A stretch of DNA of 64,000 nt from positions 10,022 to 74,021 of the forward strand of contig DEAE01000012.1 of NCBI GenBank assembly GCA_002347025.1. Reading direction: 5' to 3'. A program made the translations under genes and the position numbers. Below are positions 36,774-45,600 of this stretch, one piece after another. The notes under the pieces were generated by a model. The model did no database searches and was not told where the DNA came from. It saw only the letters and a program-made list of their open reading frames with translations. Source of the stretch: Acidobacteria bacterium UBA2990. GTDB lineage: Bacteria; Acidobacteriota; Vicinamibacteria; Vicinamibacterales; UBA8438. Each line of letters opens with the position of its first letter. Positions within the stretch are counted from its first letter, which is position 1.

Positions 36774-37271
36774 TCAGGGTTGTATCAGTGTTTCCGCCGC
36801 TTGTTCCACTTTCTGAGCTAGCCCCAGCCGATAATCGTCCAAACGTGATCGGACCCCGGAATCCGCAACAGCCAAGATCTCCGCAGCCAGCACGGCTGCG
36901 TTGGTAGCTCCAGCCTTCCCAACCGCAACCGTGGCTACCGGTATACCTGGTGGCATTTGCACAGTCGACAACAGAGCATCGAATCCTCCAAGCGGAGAGG
37001 AATCAATCGGCACACCTATGACCGGGCGCACAGTGTGAGCTGCCACCACCCCAGCCAAATGTGCGGCTGCACCAGCCCCTACCACAAAGATCTTCACACC
37101 ATGAGTAAGAGCCTCTTCTAACACTCGGAGAACCCGATCTGGAGACCGATGGGCAGACGCCACGGTCATGTTGCACGAGATACCCAGGTCGCGTAACGTG
37201 CGAGCAGTATTGGCCATGACGTCAGCATCCGAAGCGGAGCCCATCAGTATTTGGACCTGTAGATCGTCCAT
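36774..37271 (-). CDS. purE: N5-carboxyaminoimidazole ribonucleotide mutase
   Basis: ILMGSASD and AGAAAHLAGVVAA motifs; 165 aa. Confidence 0.9.
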   Translation of the reverse strand: MDDLQVQILMGSASDADVMANTARTLRDLGISCNMTVASAHRSPDRVLRVLEEALTHGVKIFVVGAGAAAHLAGVVAAHTVRPVIGVPIDSSPLGGFDALLSTVQMPPGIPVATVAVGKAGATNAAVLAAEILAVADSGVRSRLDDYRLGLAQKVEQAAETLIQP

Positions 37272-37323
37272 TAGTTTTTGTCTCTCCTTTGATGACTCGA
37301 GTCTGCTCTACCTTTACCAAGCA

Positions 37324-38589
37324 CTATAGCGCTTTTCGCCCTATGTCTGACCTCAGCTGTTTGCCCACGTAGGTGATGTGATCCGCTGCCAAGTAGGCCT
37401 TCTCAATCGCATCTGAGAAACCTGCACCCCGACCGACTACCGTCATCACTCGACCACCTGACGTTACTACCGTATCATCTCGCTGAACCGTACCAGCCTG
37501 AAACAGAAGCACCCCATCCAAAGCCGCTGCCTCATCAATTCCAGTTATTGCTACACCGGTCTGATAGGGCCCCGGATATCCTCCAGAGGCTAGCACGACA
37601 CCGACGTGCGGAATTTGGGTCTGTTCGCATGTCATGTTGTCGAGGGCTCCCCGGGAAGCCGCTTCGAGCAGTGGTGCCAGCTCTTCAGACACCATTGGCA
37701 AAATGACTTGGGCCTCTGGATCTCCTAACCTCACATTGAATTCGACAACATATGGACCATCGAGGGTAATCATTAAGCCTATATAGAGAAAGCCCTGGTA
37801 TGGATGTCCATCACCTTTCATACCTTCAAGCACTGGCTCAACGATCTCACGCCGGATACGGGTTTCCAAAGCTGCTGTCATCAGCGGACTGGGAGCAAAA
37901 GCTCCCATTCCTCCAGTATTGGGACCTTTATCACCATCGAAGGCCCGTTTATGGTCCTGGGCTGCCGGAAGTACCAGTGCCTGTCGCCCGTCACAAATAG
38001 CAAAAAAAGAGACCTCCTCCCCCACCAGGCACTCTTCGACCACAAGACGCAGTCCTGCGTTACCAAACTGCTGTTCGAGCATCGCTTTCTTCACTGCGTC
38101 CTGAGCAGTAGCAAGATCGTGGGCAATAGTCACCCCCTTTCCAGCTGCCAAGCCATCAGCCTTAATAACCACAGGAAAACCGAACTCAGCCCCAGATACC
38201 ATCGCCAAGGCTTCGTCTAAACGCTCACATACCCGAAAACGCGCGGTCGGAATTCCATGACGCGCCATAAACACCTTGGCAAATGCCTTACTCGACTCTA
38301 ATTGGGCGGCGAAACGGCTAGGACCGAAAAGACACCGTCCATTGGCTCTGAACAAGTCATGCACTCCTTGAGACAGTGGTAATTCTGGCCCTACAACAGT
38401 AAGGTCAGCTGCCTCTGCATCAGCACACGCTAGAATCGAACTCGGGTCTGAAAGATCGATAGGGTGGACCGACGGCCCGGTTCCTCCATTTCCCGGTGCG
38501 CAGACCACCTTCTCCACAGCCGATTCGCGGGCCAGCTTCCAGGCCAGGGCGTGTTCGCGCCCTCCACCTCCGACAACCAGTACTTTCAT
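37324..38589 (-). CDS. purD: Phosphoribosylamine-glycine ligase
   Basis: MKVLVVGGGGREHALAWKL start and an ATP-grasp core; 421 aa. Confidence 0.92.
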   Translation of the reverse strand: MKVLVVGGGGREHALAWKLARESAVEKVVCAPGNGGTGPSVHPIDLSDPSSILACADAEAADLTVVGPELPLSQGVHDLFRANGRCLFGPSRFAAQLESSKAFAKVFMARHGIPTARFRVCERLDEALAMVSGAEFGFPVVIKADGLAAGKGVTIAHDLATAQDAVKKAMLEQQFGNAGLRLVVEECLVGEEVSFFAICDGRQALVLPAAQDHKRAFDGDKGPNTGGMGAFAPSPLMTAALETRIRREIVEPVLEGMKGDGHPYQGFLYIGLMITLDGPYVVEFNVRLGDPEAQVILPMVSEELAPLLEAASRGALDNMTCEQTQIPHVGVVLASGGYPGPYQTGVAITGIDEAAALDGVLLFQAGTVQRDDTVVTSGGRVMTVVGRGAGFSDAIEKAYLAADHITYVGKQLRSDIGRKAL

Positions 38590-38637
38590 CGTTCACAAAT
38601 CTCGCTAGAGTAGCCTCACCCGTCAGACTTATAATCG

Positions 38638-38667
38638 TTGACGCTAACCAATACTTCAGCCTAAAAT
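38638..38667 (+). promoter_or_regulatory. Candidate sigma-70 promoter TTGACG-N18-TAAAAT about 270 nt upstream of rpsU
   Basis: -35 element at 38638-38643 and -10 element at 38662-38667. A perfect TATAAT also sits at 38630-38635 without a -35. Confidence 0.3.
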
Positions 38668-38934
38668 CGCTGATTGTCTCGCTTCAGAAAGTAGAACGAG
38701 CTGACGGTGACCAAGCGTTCCGTTTCGCTGAGACAAGTGACCCTGTTAAGTTCACCAAGTACCGAGAGGTAACCTAACAGTCGCATTTGACGATGAACAA
38801 ACGCTGTAAGGCAGGATACAGCAACCGGCGAGTTTGGCTGTTGTCTCATCACGAGACGCTAGCCTAGCACACTGATTTAAGAGACTCGCCGCGTATGCTA
38901 TTTAAATTTGCTACCTAGGGAGGTGCAGGAAGTT

Positions 38935-39132
38935 TTGGCTGAGGTCAAGGTGCAGGATAGTGAGTCAATCGAGGGCGCGCTTCGCCGCTTCAAGCGAAAG
39001 GTCCAACAAGAAGACATCATCAAGGACATCAAGAAGCACTCCTTCTACTTAAAACCTGGGGATAAGCGTCGCGCGAAACAAGCGTTGGCAAGGAAGCGGA
39101 CTCGGAAAAAGCAACGCCGGGAAACCGAATAG
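38935..39132 (+). CDS. rpsU: 30S ribosomal protein bS21
   Basis: AEVKVQDSESIEGALRRFKRK... and a basic C-terminus. A probable TTG start at 38935 is preceded by GGGAGG (38918-38923) and AGGAAG. The ORF is open from 38908. Confidence 0.88.
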   Translation: MAEVKVQDSESIEGALRRFKRKVQQEDIIKDIKKHSFYLKPGDKRRAKQALARKRTRKKQRRETE

Positions 39133-39491
39133 CCGCAATACGCCCAGACACAACCAGCAATAATTCGCTTGTGGGAGAAACGTTGGATTTTGGCTCATTG
39201 GCTGACATGACGCCCATCTTCACCTAGACGATTGACCCAAACATATCCTTGCTCTAAGACCTCCTCGTTCTACACCTTCGCGAAGCTGGCGTCAGTTCGC
39301 TATCATGGGATTCGAGGATGACCGGCTTCTGCACGCTGCAGACAGCGTTACCCCGGACGTAATGCGGGCTACGGAACGCTCGACAGGCTGCTTCGGTTGA
39401 AACCGACCGTTCATCACGCTAGATAAGCCAACTCTGGCACGACATATTCGGCTGCAACTTTAAATAGCAGCACAACTTAGACAGCGACAAG

Positions 39492-40502
39492 ATGGCCGAA
39501 TTCAACATCCAAAGTGATTCCGTTGACGTCACCAAAATAATGGGGGAAATCCGCCAGCGTATCCGTGAAAAACGGGGCACGGACTACACCGAGCAGCAAA
39601 TCCACGAACTCGCAAATGTAAAACTTGAACAGTTTCTTGACCCTCGACAAGTTCGGTCTGATCTAGTCGAGCACTACAGGAACCTAGATCCACTCGACCC
39701 GATTCCGGATTCAGGCCCGGGAACGGACCCAATTCCAGAAGCCGTGAAGTTCGACAAAGAAACGATTTACGTCTCATCGAGAGGACTAATGGGAACACTC
39801 ATCCGCCTGATTCGAAGACTATTAAACCCGATTCTTAGGCTGTTCTTTAATCCGGACCCGATTATCTTTGCCATGTCCAGACAAGCGGAAATCAATATAA
39901 AAACGTTAGAGCTCCTTCGACGCCAGACTGAGCAGATGGAACAGATCGGCAAAAAATTTGCGGCCCGAGAGGCACTGGACACCCTGAACTATGAGGTGCT
40001 CAATAACCTCGTGGTAGAAATGACCCGACTGGCAGTCGACATGAAGAACCATAAGATGCAAGTAGAGTCGGTAGCCGGGCGGCTTGATTTCGACGAGCGG
40101 CGGGCCAAAGCCTTAGAAACGGTTGTTCAGAATCGATCATCAGCACAAGACGGACCCAGCAACACCGCTGAAACCCCAGGTACGGCCCCAGCTTCAAATC
40201 GGTCGCGTAGACGCCGTCGACGTCCTCGCCGGCGGGTGGTTCCATCAACCCAGACTCCAGAAACTACCGCCAGTGGGAGAAGTGCCAGTCCTCAGAATGC
40301 GGGAAAAAAGCCAGAAACGGCAGACTCACAGTCCCTCCGAGCACAGGCGATCACCGATTCAGCTAAAGCTAAAGCTGCCTCCACATCAAGAGAGCCAGCA
40401 GAACCGAGAGCAGCCGAGTCCTCTCCAGTAACACCTTCATCCCAGAACGTTGTCGATCCCGGAGTGGCGCCTCCAGAGGCCCGAGACACCGACGACCAAT
40501 GA
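39492..40502 (+). CDS. Hypothetical protein: helical N-terminal 230 aa plus a disordered Arg-run/Ser-Pro-Ala-rich tail; first gene of the glycosyltransferase operon
   Basis: 336 aa ORF. RSRRRRRRPRRR run. ATGA overlap with the next gene. Confidence 0.6.
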   Translation: MAEFNIQSDSVDVTKIMGEIRQRIREKRGTDYTEQQIHELANVKLEQFLDPRQVRSDLVEHYRNLDPLDPIPDSGPGTDPIPEAVKFDKETIYVSSRGLMGTLIRLIRRLLNPILRLFFNPDPIIFAMSRQAEINIKTLELLRRQTEQMEQIGKKFAAREALDTLNYEVLNNLVVEMTRLAVDMKNHKMQVESVAGRLDFDERRAKALETVVQNRSSAQDGPSNTAETPGTAPASNRSRRRRRRPRRRVVPSTQTPETTASGRSASPQNAGKKPETADSQSLRAQAITDSAKAKAASTSREPAEPRAAESSPVTPSSQNVVDPGVAPPEARDTDDQ

Positions 40503-41827
40503 AGCTTGCTGTTGTTGTTCAACGCTACGGTGCCGACTTGAATGGTGGCGCTGAGCTACATGCTAGGTATATAGCGGAGCGACTTGCTAAACACGTGGAG
40601 GTCGAAGTGCTTACGACCTGCGCAGAAGACTATATCTCCTGGCACAACCAGTTCGAACCTGGGGTCGAACAAATAAACGGCGTTCCTGTAAGACGGTTTC
40701 CTGTAAGCCGCGAGCGTAACGTAGAAGACTTCGGACGACGCTCAATCCAAATCTTCGAGCACAAACATTCACTAGCAGCAGAGTTAGCCTGGCTTCGGAG
40801 CGAGGGTCCAACCAGCCCCAAGCTAATAAACCACCTCAGGCGGCACAACCAGACCTACGACTATTGCCTATTCTTTAGTTATCGCTATTACCACTCTTAC
40901 CACGGCATTAGGGCAACTAGTCAAAAAGCCATTTTAGTACCTACAGCTGAACGGGATCCTGCACTCGGATTGCGGATTTTTCGAGACAGCTTTCGTAGTG
41001 TAAGGGCCCTGATGTACAACTCACCAGAAGAGCAGACATTGATCCAAGCGGTATCGGATAATGGTGACGTACCCTGCGTTGTTGTAGGAGTAGGTTCAGA
41101 AATCAAAGCGAATCCCGAACCGGAGCGCTTCCGCCAAACAAGTGGAATTAAAGGTCCAGTCATGATCTATATCGGCCGGATCGACAAAAACAAAGGCTGC
41201 GGAGAATTATTCGATTACTTTCAACGTTACTCTCGTCTTTCGCCAAACTTGACCCTAGTTCTCATCGGAAAAACCGTCATACCGATTCCTGACCATCCCA
41301 AAATTCGCCATTTGGGTTTTGTCACGGATCAGCAAAAATTCGATGCGCTAGCAGCTTCTGACTTACTCGTAATGCCCTCTTACTACGAAAGTCTCTCAAT
41401 GGTTACACTTGAGGCGTGGGCCCTCGGGCGACCAGTACTAGCAAACGGCCGATGTGACGTTCTATGTGGTCAGTCTATACGGAGCAACGCCGGTTTGTAC
41501 TATGAGAATTATGAAGAATTTGCCGAAACGCTACAGGCGATCCTCTTGAACAGGACACTTCAGAAAACCCTTGGCCAAAACGGCCAAGCCTACTTCGGCA
41601 AGCACTATTCATGGCCAGTTATAGAACGAAAATACTTAGATGTCCTGGACCTCTTGGATCGAGAAACCACTGGACCGCCCAGAAAACTGCAGCCGCTGCC
41701 AGGTTGGTTTGGTCGACACCGTGCCGACCTTCCTCCCAGTCGTAGCGTCGTAGAAGGGCTTCCCAGCGGGCCCGTGTTACCAAGCCCAACCTCTGCATCC
41801 AGTCAGACCTGGGTAGGTTTCTCATGA
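40499..41827 (+). CDS. GT4-family (GT-B fold) glycosyltransferase, type A
   Basis: MKLAVVVQRYGADLNGGAELH N-terminus and C-terminal E-x7-E region (YYESLSMVTLEAWALGRPVL). 442 aa. Confidence 0.82.
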   Translation: MKLAVVVQRYGADLNGGAELHARYIAERLAKHVEVEVLTTCAEDYISWHNQFEPGVEQINGVPVRRFPVSRERNVEDFGRRSIQIFEHKHSLAAELAWLRSEGPTSPKLINHLRRHNQTYDYCLFFSYRYYHSYHGIRATSQKAILVPTAERDPALGLRIFRDSFRSVRALMYNSPEEQTLIQAVSDNGDVPCVVVGVGSEIKANPEPERFRQTSGIKGPVMIYIGRIDKNKGCGELFDYFQRYSRLSPNLTLVLIGKTVIPIPDHPKIRHLGFVTDQQKFDALAASDLLVMPSYYESLSMVTLEAWALGRPVLANGRCDVLCGQSIRSNAGLYYENYEEFAETLQAILLNRTLQKTLGQNGQAYFGKHYSWPVIERKYLDVLDLLDRETTGPPRKLQPLPGWFGRHRADLPPSRSVVEGLPSGPVLPSPTSASSQTWVGFS

Positions 41828-43059
41828 CCCGCCAGCCGTCATCCAACCGACCGGCTGTCCATCAGGTTCTCGCCACGTTGGGCTATGGCGATGCTATCGG
41901 TAACGAAGTCATAGGAATCCGTAAAGCCCTGCACCTAGCTGGGTTTGAATCAGACATCTTTGTAGAAACATCAGATTCTCGTGTTGACCATCTGTGTCGA
42001 GATTATCGTGACCTTATCGACATCTCTCACCCTGACAATATTCTCATTCACCATTTTTCGATTGGGTCTCGAGCATCACGAGTAGCTTATGCTCTTCCAG
42101 ATCGTATGGTGCTCATCTATCACAACATCACGCCACCCGAGTACTTCGTCGGAGTTCATAAAGACCTAGTACAGCTTTGCTACAGCGGTCGGAGGGAGCT
42201 GAGAGCCTATCCAGCCCGCTGCGACCTTGCGCTGGGGGACTCAGAATTTAACAAGGAAGAGTTGGAAGCTCTTGGATTTTCAAGAACCGGTGTACTACCT
42301 GTTGTCCCAGACTTCACCCACCTAGACCAAACTCCCGATCACACTCTAGTGTCAGAGTTCGACGATGACAAACTTAACATCCTCTTTGTCGGGCGAATGA
42401 TCCCTAACAAACGAATCGAAGATGTCATACGCTTCTACCATGCCTATAAAGTCAAATATGGGCGTAACGCTAGGCTCCTTCTCGTAGGCTCCTATAGCGG
42501 ATTCGAATCCTACCTTGCCTCACTACATCACCTAATAAACAGCCTGGGAATATCAGACGTGCACATCTTCGGCCACGTTTCGAACGCCGAGCTGACCGCA
42601 TGCTACGACCTAGCCGACTTGTTTCTATCAGCAAGCGAGCACGAAGGGTTCTGCGTACCTCTAGTCGAGGCCTTCTATAAACAATTACCGGTTCTAGCCT
42701 ACGACGCAGCGGCGGTGTCTAGTACTCTAGATGGTGCTGGTGTCCTCTATAAGAACAAGGATCCCAGGCATGTCGCCTCTATCATCAATACCGTGCTCTC
42801 GGACGTGGATATCCAAGGCGATATTATTGATGCCCAAGACCAAGCCTTAGTTCGACTGCAAGCTATTGACTTCACCACGACACTGCTAGAAGCCATCGAA
42901 CGAGTACGTCAATCTGCTCGGCTTCCCACCGTCAGTATTAGGTGGGATTTTTGGCAGCGCTTTAACGAATGGGAACGCCTCGAAGAGTTGCGTCTATACC
43001 GCCCATCAGCATACGAGGCCCTACCATTTAAGCTAGGAGAAAGCAGCGAAAGTTCATAG
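41824..43059 (+). CDS. GT4-family glycosyltransferase, type B
   Basis: LFVGRMIPNKR and SASEHEGFCVPLVEAFYKQLPVLA motifs. ATGA overlap upstream. Confidence 0.82.
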   Translation: MTRQPSSNRPAVHQVLATLGYGDAIGNEVIGIRKALHLAGFESDIFVETSDSRVDHLCRDYRDLIDISHPDNILIHHFSIGSRASRVAYALPDRMVLIYHNITPPEYFVGVHKDLVQLCYSGRRELRAYPARCDLALGDSEFNKEELEALGFSRTGVLPVVPDFTHLDQTPDHTLVSEFDDDKLNILFVGRMIPNKRIEDVIRFYHAYKVKYGRNARLLLVGSYSGFESYLASLHHLINSLGISDVHIFGHVSNAELTACYDLADLFLSASEHEGFCVPLVEAFYKQLPVLAYDAAAVSSTLDGAGVLYKNKDPRHVASIINTVLSDVDIQGDIIDAQDQALVRLQAIDFTTTLLEAIERVRQSARLPTVSIRWDFWQRFNEWERLEELRLYRPSAYEALPFKLGESSESS

Positions 43060-44124
43060 ATGGTTATCAACCAATGGCTTCCGGCTGCACATCAAGGAGA
43101 TGCCGTAGGGGACAGCGCACGTCGCCTACGTGAGGTGCTCCGAGAGAGGGGCCACGATTCCGAACTCTACGCCTTAACTATCGACAACAACCTAAGGTGT
43201 GAAGTAAGGCCATTCTCCCATCCTGCCGCTGGACGAGGTGACGTCACAATCCTGCACTTTGCCATCGCCTCACCCATGAGTGCCGCACTGGCATCACTGC
43301 CAGGTGCACGAGTAATTCAGTATCACAACATTACCCCAGCCCACTTCTTCGCTAGCTTCGATGCCAACATCGCTGAAATCGTGACTCGTGGTCGTGACGA
43401 ATTAGCTTGCTTGGTGGACCGGGTAGATCTGGCCCTAGGGGACTCAGAATACAACAGACAGGAACTCGAAACCCTTGGGTTCACCGAGAACGGAGTCTTC
43501 CCAATCGCCGTCAACACATCACGTTTAACACGGGCACCTCGGCAACCAGCACTGGAACAAGTCCTTAATGATGGCTTTACAAACATCCTCTTCGTCGGTC
43601 GGCTAGTTCCGAATAAAAAGCTCGAAGACCACCTTATGCTTGCCGAGCACTACAAGCGTTATGTTGATCAGTTTTATCGTTTTATCTTTGTCGGACGCGA
43701 GGATGTATGTCCGAATTATTACCGAATGCTCCGCGCACTCATGGCCAGCTATCGCATGACGAGTGAACGATTTTGGTTTGTGGGGCAAGTTTCCGATGAA
43801 GACCTCGCTACCTATTACCGAACCGCCAGCGCCTATGTATCGATGAGTGAGCACGAAGGTTTTTGTGTCCCTCTTCTTGAAGCCATGGCCACTGATGTAC
43901 CTGTGTTAGCCTATTCATCAACAGCGGTACCAGAGACTCTTGGCGGTGCCGGTTTGACCTTCTCGCCCAAGGACCTTGAGTATGTATCAGAACTACTAGG
44001 CCTTATGGTGTACGATGACGATTTACGAGCTAATATCATTACTGGGCAACGTCGCCGTTTGGCGAACTTCACTGACGAGCGATTCGCCACGTGTGTCGAC
44101 CAACTTGTAGCCCGTTTTTCTTAA
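43060..44124 (+). CDS. GT4-family glycosyltransferase, type B paralog
   Basis: LFVGRLVPNKK and SMSEHEGFCVPLLEAMATDVPVLA. The start abuts the previous stop (TAGATG). Confidence 0.82.
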   Translation: MVINQWLPAAHQGDAVGDSARRLREVLRERGHDSELYALTIDNNLRCEVRPFSHPAAGRGDVTILHFAIASPMSAALASLPGARVIQYHNITPAHFFASFDANIAEIVTRGRDELACLVDRVDLALGDSEYNRQELETLGFTENGVFPIAVNTSRLTRAPRQPALEQVLNDGFTNILFVGRLVPNKKLEDHLMLAEHYKRYVDQFYRFIFVGREDVCPNYYRMLRALMASYRMTSERFWFVGQVSDEDLATYYRTASAYVSMSEHEGFCVPLLEAMATDVPVLAYSSTAVPETLGGAGLTFSPKDLEYVSELLGLMVYDDDLRANIITGQRRRLANFTDERFATCVDQLVARFS

Positions 44125-44231
44125 CACATTGTCTGTCAATCAAATCAGACAACTCAATTAGTGAAAAGACAAGCCCCCGTGACACCTTATCTTTCGTTGA
44201 GCTCATTTTCCCAATATCCCCCTAAAAACTC

Positions 44232-45560
44232 GTGAAGATCGCATTCATCGTCCAACGTTATGGTGCGGAGATCCTCGGTGGCTCTGAATATCACTGCAGG
44301 TTGATTGCAGAACGCCTTGCGGGTAAACACCACGTTGAGGTCTTGACGACATGTGCCCAAGACTACATTTCGTGGAAGAACGAATATCCCGAGGGTGAAG
44401 ACCGTATTCGTGGAGTGACCGTTCGGAGGTTCGCGAGCGATCAAACCAGGGATCTGGCTTCATTTAACGAGTACTCCGATTGGATCTTCCATAATGACCA
44501 CTCGCCAGCTGACGAAGAGAAGTGGCTAAGAATGCAAGGTCCGTGGTGTCCGAAACTTTTGTCGTACCTCGAACACAACCATCGAAACTACGACGCTCTC
44601 ATATTCTTCACTTATCTTTACGCTCCAACGGTCCTCGGAGTGCGGATAGCTCCAGAGCGAAGCATTCTGGTGCCTACCGCCCATGACGAACCCGCTATTC
44701 GCCTTGGACTCTATCGAGACGTCTTCAACCGCCCAGCTGGAATTGCTTATAACACTCATGTTGAGCGAGGTTTTCTGAAACGTTTGTTCGCAATCAATGC
44801 GAATGCCGAAGAAACAGTTGGATGTGGCGTCGAATTACCGCCTTCTCACCTTCACGAACAGGCTCCAAGATTAGACGTTGGAGACACTCCTCAGTCGGAG
44901 GAGACCTCAGCAGACAAAGCGGGATTCGGCCTACCTTTATCCTCCAGGGGAGCAGTATTTCGTAGACGTCATCGCTTGTATGGCCCGATTGTCTTGTATG
45001 GCGGCCGGATCGATCCCGGGAAAGGGTGCGAGGAGCTACTCGACTACTTCAACAGCTACGCCGACTCCTACGGTGACGCATCACTCGTTCTGATGGGACT
45101 CAAACTGATGCCCATTCCGGAATCTTCTCACATACGTTTCGCCGGCATGCTTTCCGAAACAGAACGGTTTGAAGCACTCGAAGCAGCTACGGTCGTAGTG
45201 GTTCCATCCCCGTTCGAAAGCCTGTCACTTCTAGCCTTAGAGTCGCTTGCTATCGGCACCCCGGTACTGGCAAACGCCAGAAGCGAAGTCGTTGTAGATC
45301 ACTGCCAACGGAGCAATGGCGGCCTTTACTACGCCAACCGGGGTGAATTCCAAGAATGTCTCCGCCTGCTAGTTAACAATGACGACTTGCGCGCAGAAAT
45401 GGGTCGACAGGGGCGTGCTTACGTCCGAACTAATTACCGATGGGATGCAATCCTCGGAAAGTACGATCGACTGATCTCTGGCTTGCCGCCAGCACGTAAG
45501 AACAACCGACCTCGTCGAACTAGTCGAACTAGTCGCCAAGGTAGAAACAAAAAATCTTGA
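44232..45560 (+). CDS. GT4-family glycosyltransferase, type A paralog
   Basis: MKIAFIVQRYGAEILGGSEYH closely parallels the 40499 gene. Also 442 aa. Has FESLSLLALESLAIGTPVL. Confidence 0.82.
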   Translation: MKIAFIVQRYGAEILGGSEYHCRLIAERLAGKHHVEVLTTCAQDYISWKNEYPEGEDRIRGVTVRRFASDQTRDLASFNEYSDWIFHNDHSPADEEKWLRMQGPWCPKLLSYLEHNHRNYDALIFFTYLYAPTVLGVRIAPERSILVPTAHDEPAIRLGLYRDVFNRPAGIAYNTHVERGFLKRLFAINANAEETVGCGVELPPSHLHEQAPRLDVGDTPQSEETSADKAGFGLPLSSRGAVFRRRHRLYGPIVLYGGRIDPGKGCEELLDYFNSYADSYGDASLVLMGLKLMPIPESSHIRFAGMLSETERFEALEAATVVVVPSPFESLSLLALESLAIGTPVLANARSEVVVDHCQRSNGGLYYANRGEFQECLRLLVNNDDLRAEMGRQGRAYVRTNYRWDAILGKYDRLISGLPPARKNNRPRRTSRTSRQGRNKKS

Positions 45561-45600
45561 CCCTGCTAGACACTCGGCAAAACCCACTCGCTGGACGAAG

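Noticed and set aside
39435-39456. TGGCACGACATATTCGGCTGC upstream of the GT operon as a sigma-54 promoter
   Set aside because: The -24 TGGCAC is perfect, but the -12 GC is not at the required GG-N10-GC spacing. The sequence reads TT at that position, and the nearest GC is 4 nt too far.
45515-45532. Tandem 9-bp duplication TCGAACTAG x2 at the 3' end of the last glycosyltransferase
   Set aside because: It is in frame and simply encodes a repeated RTS in a basic disordered tail. It is too short to count as a repeat element.
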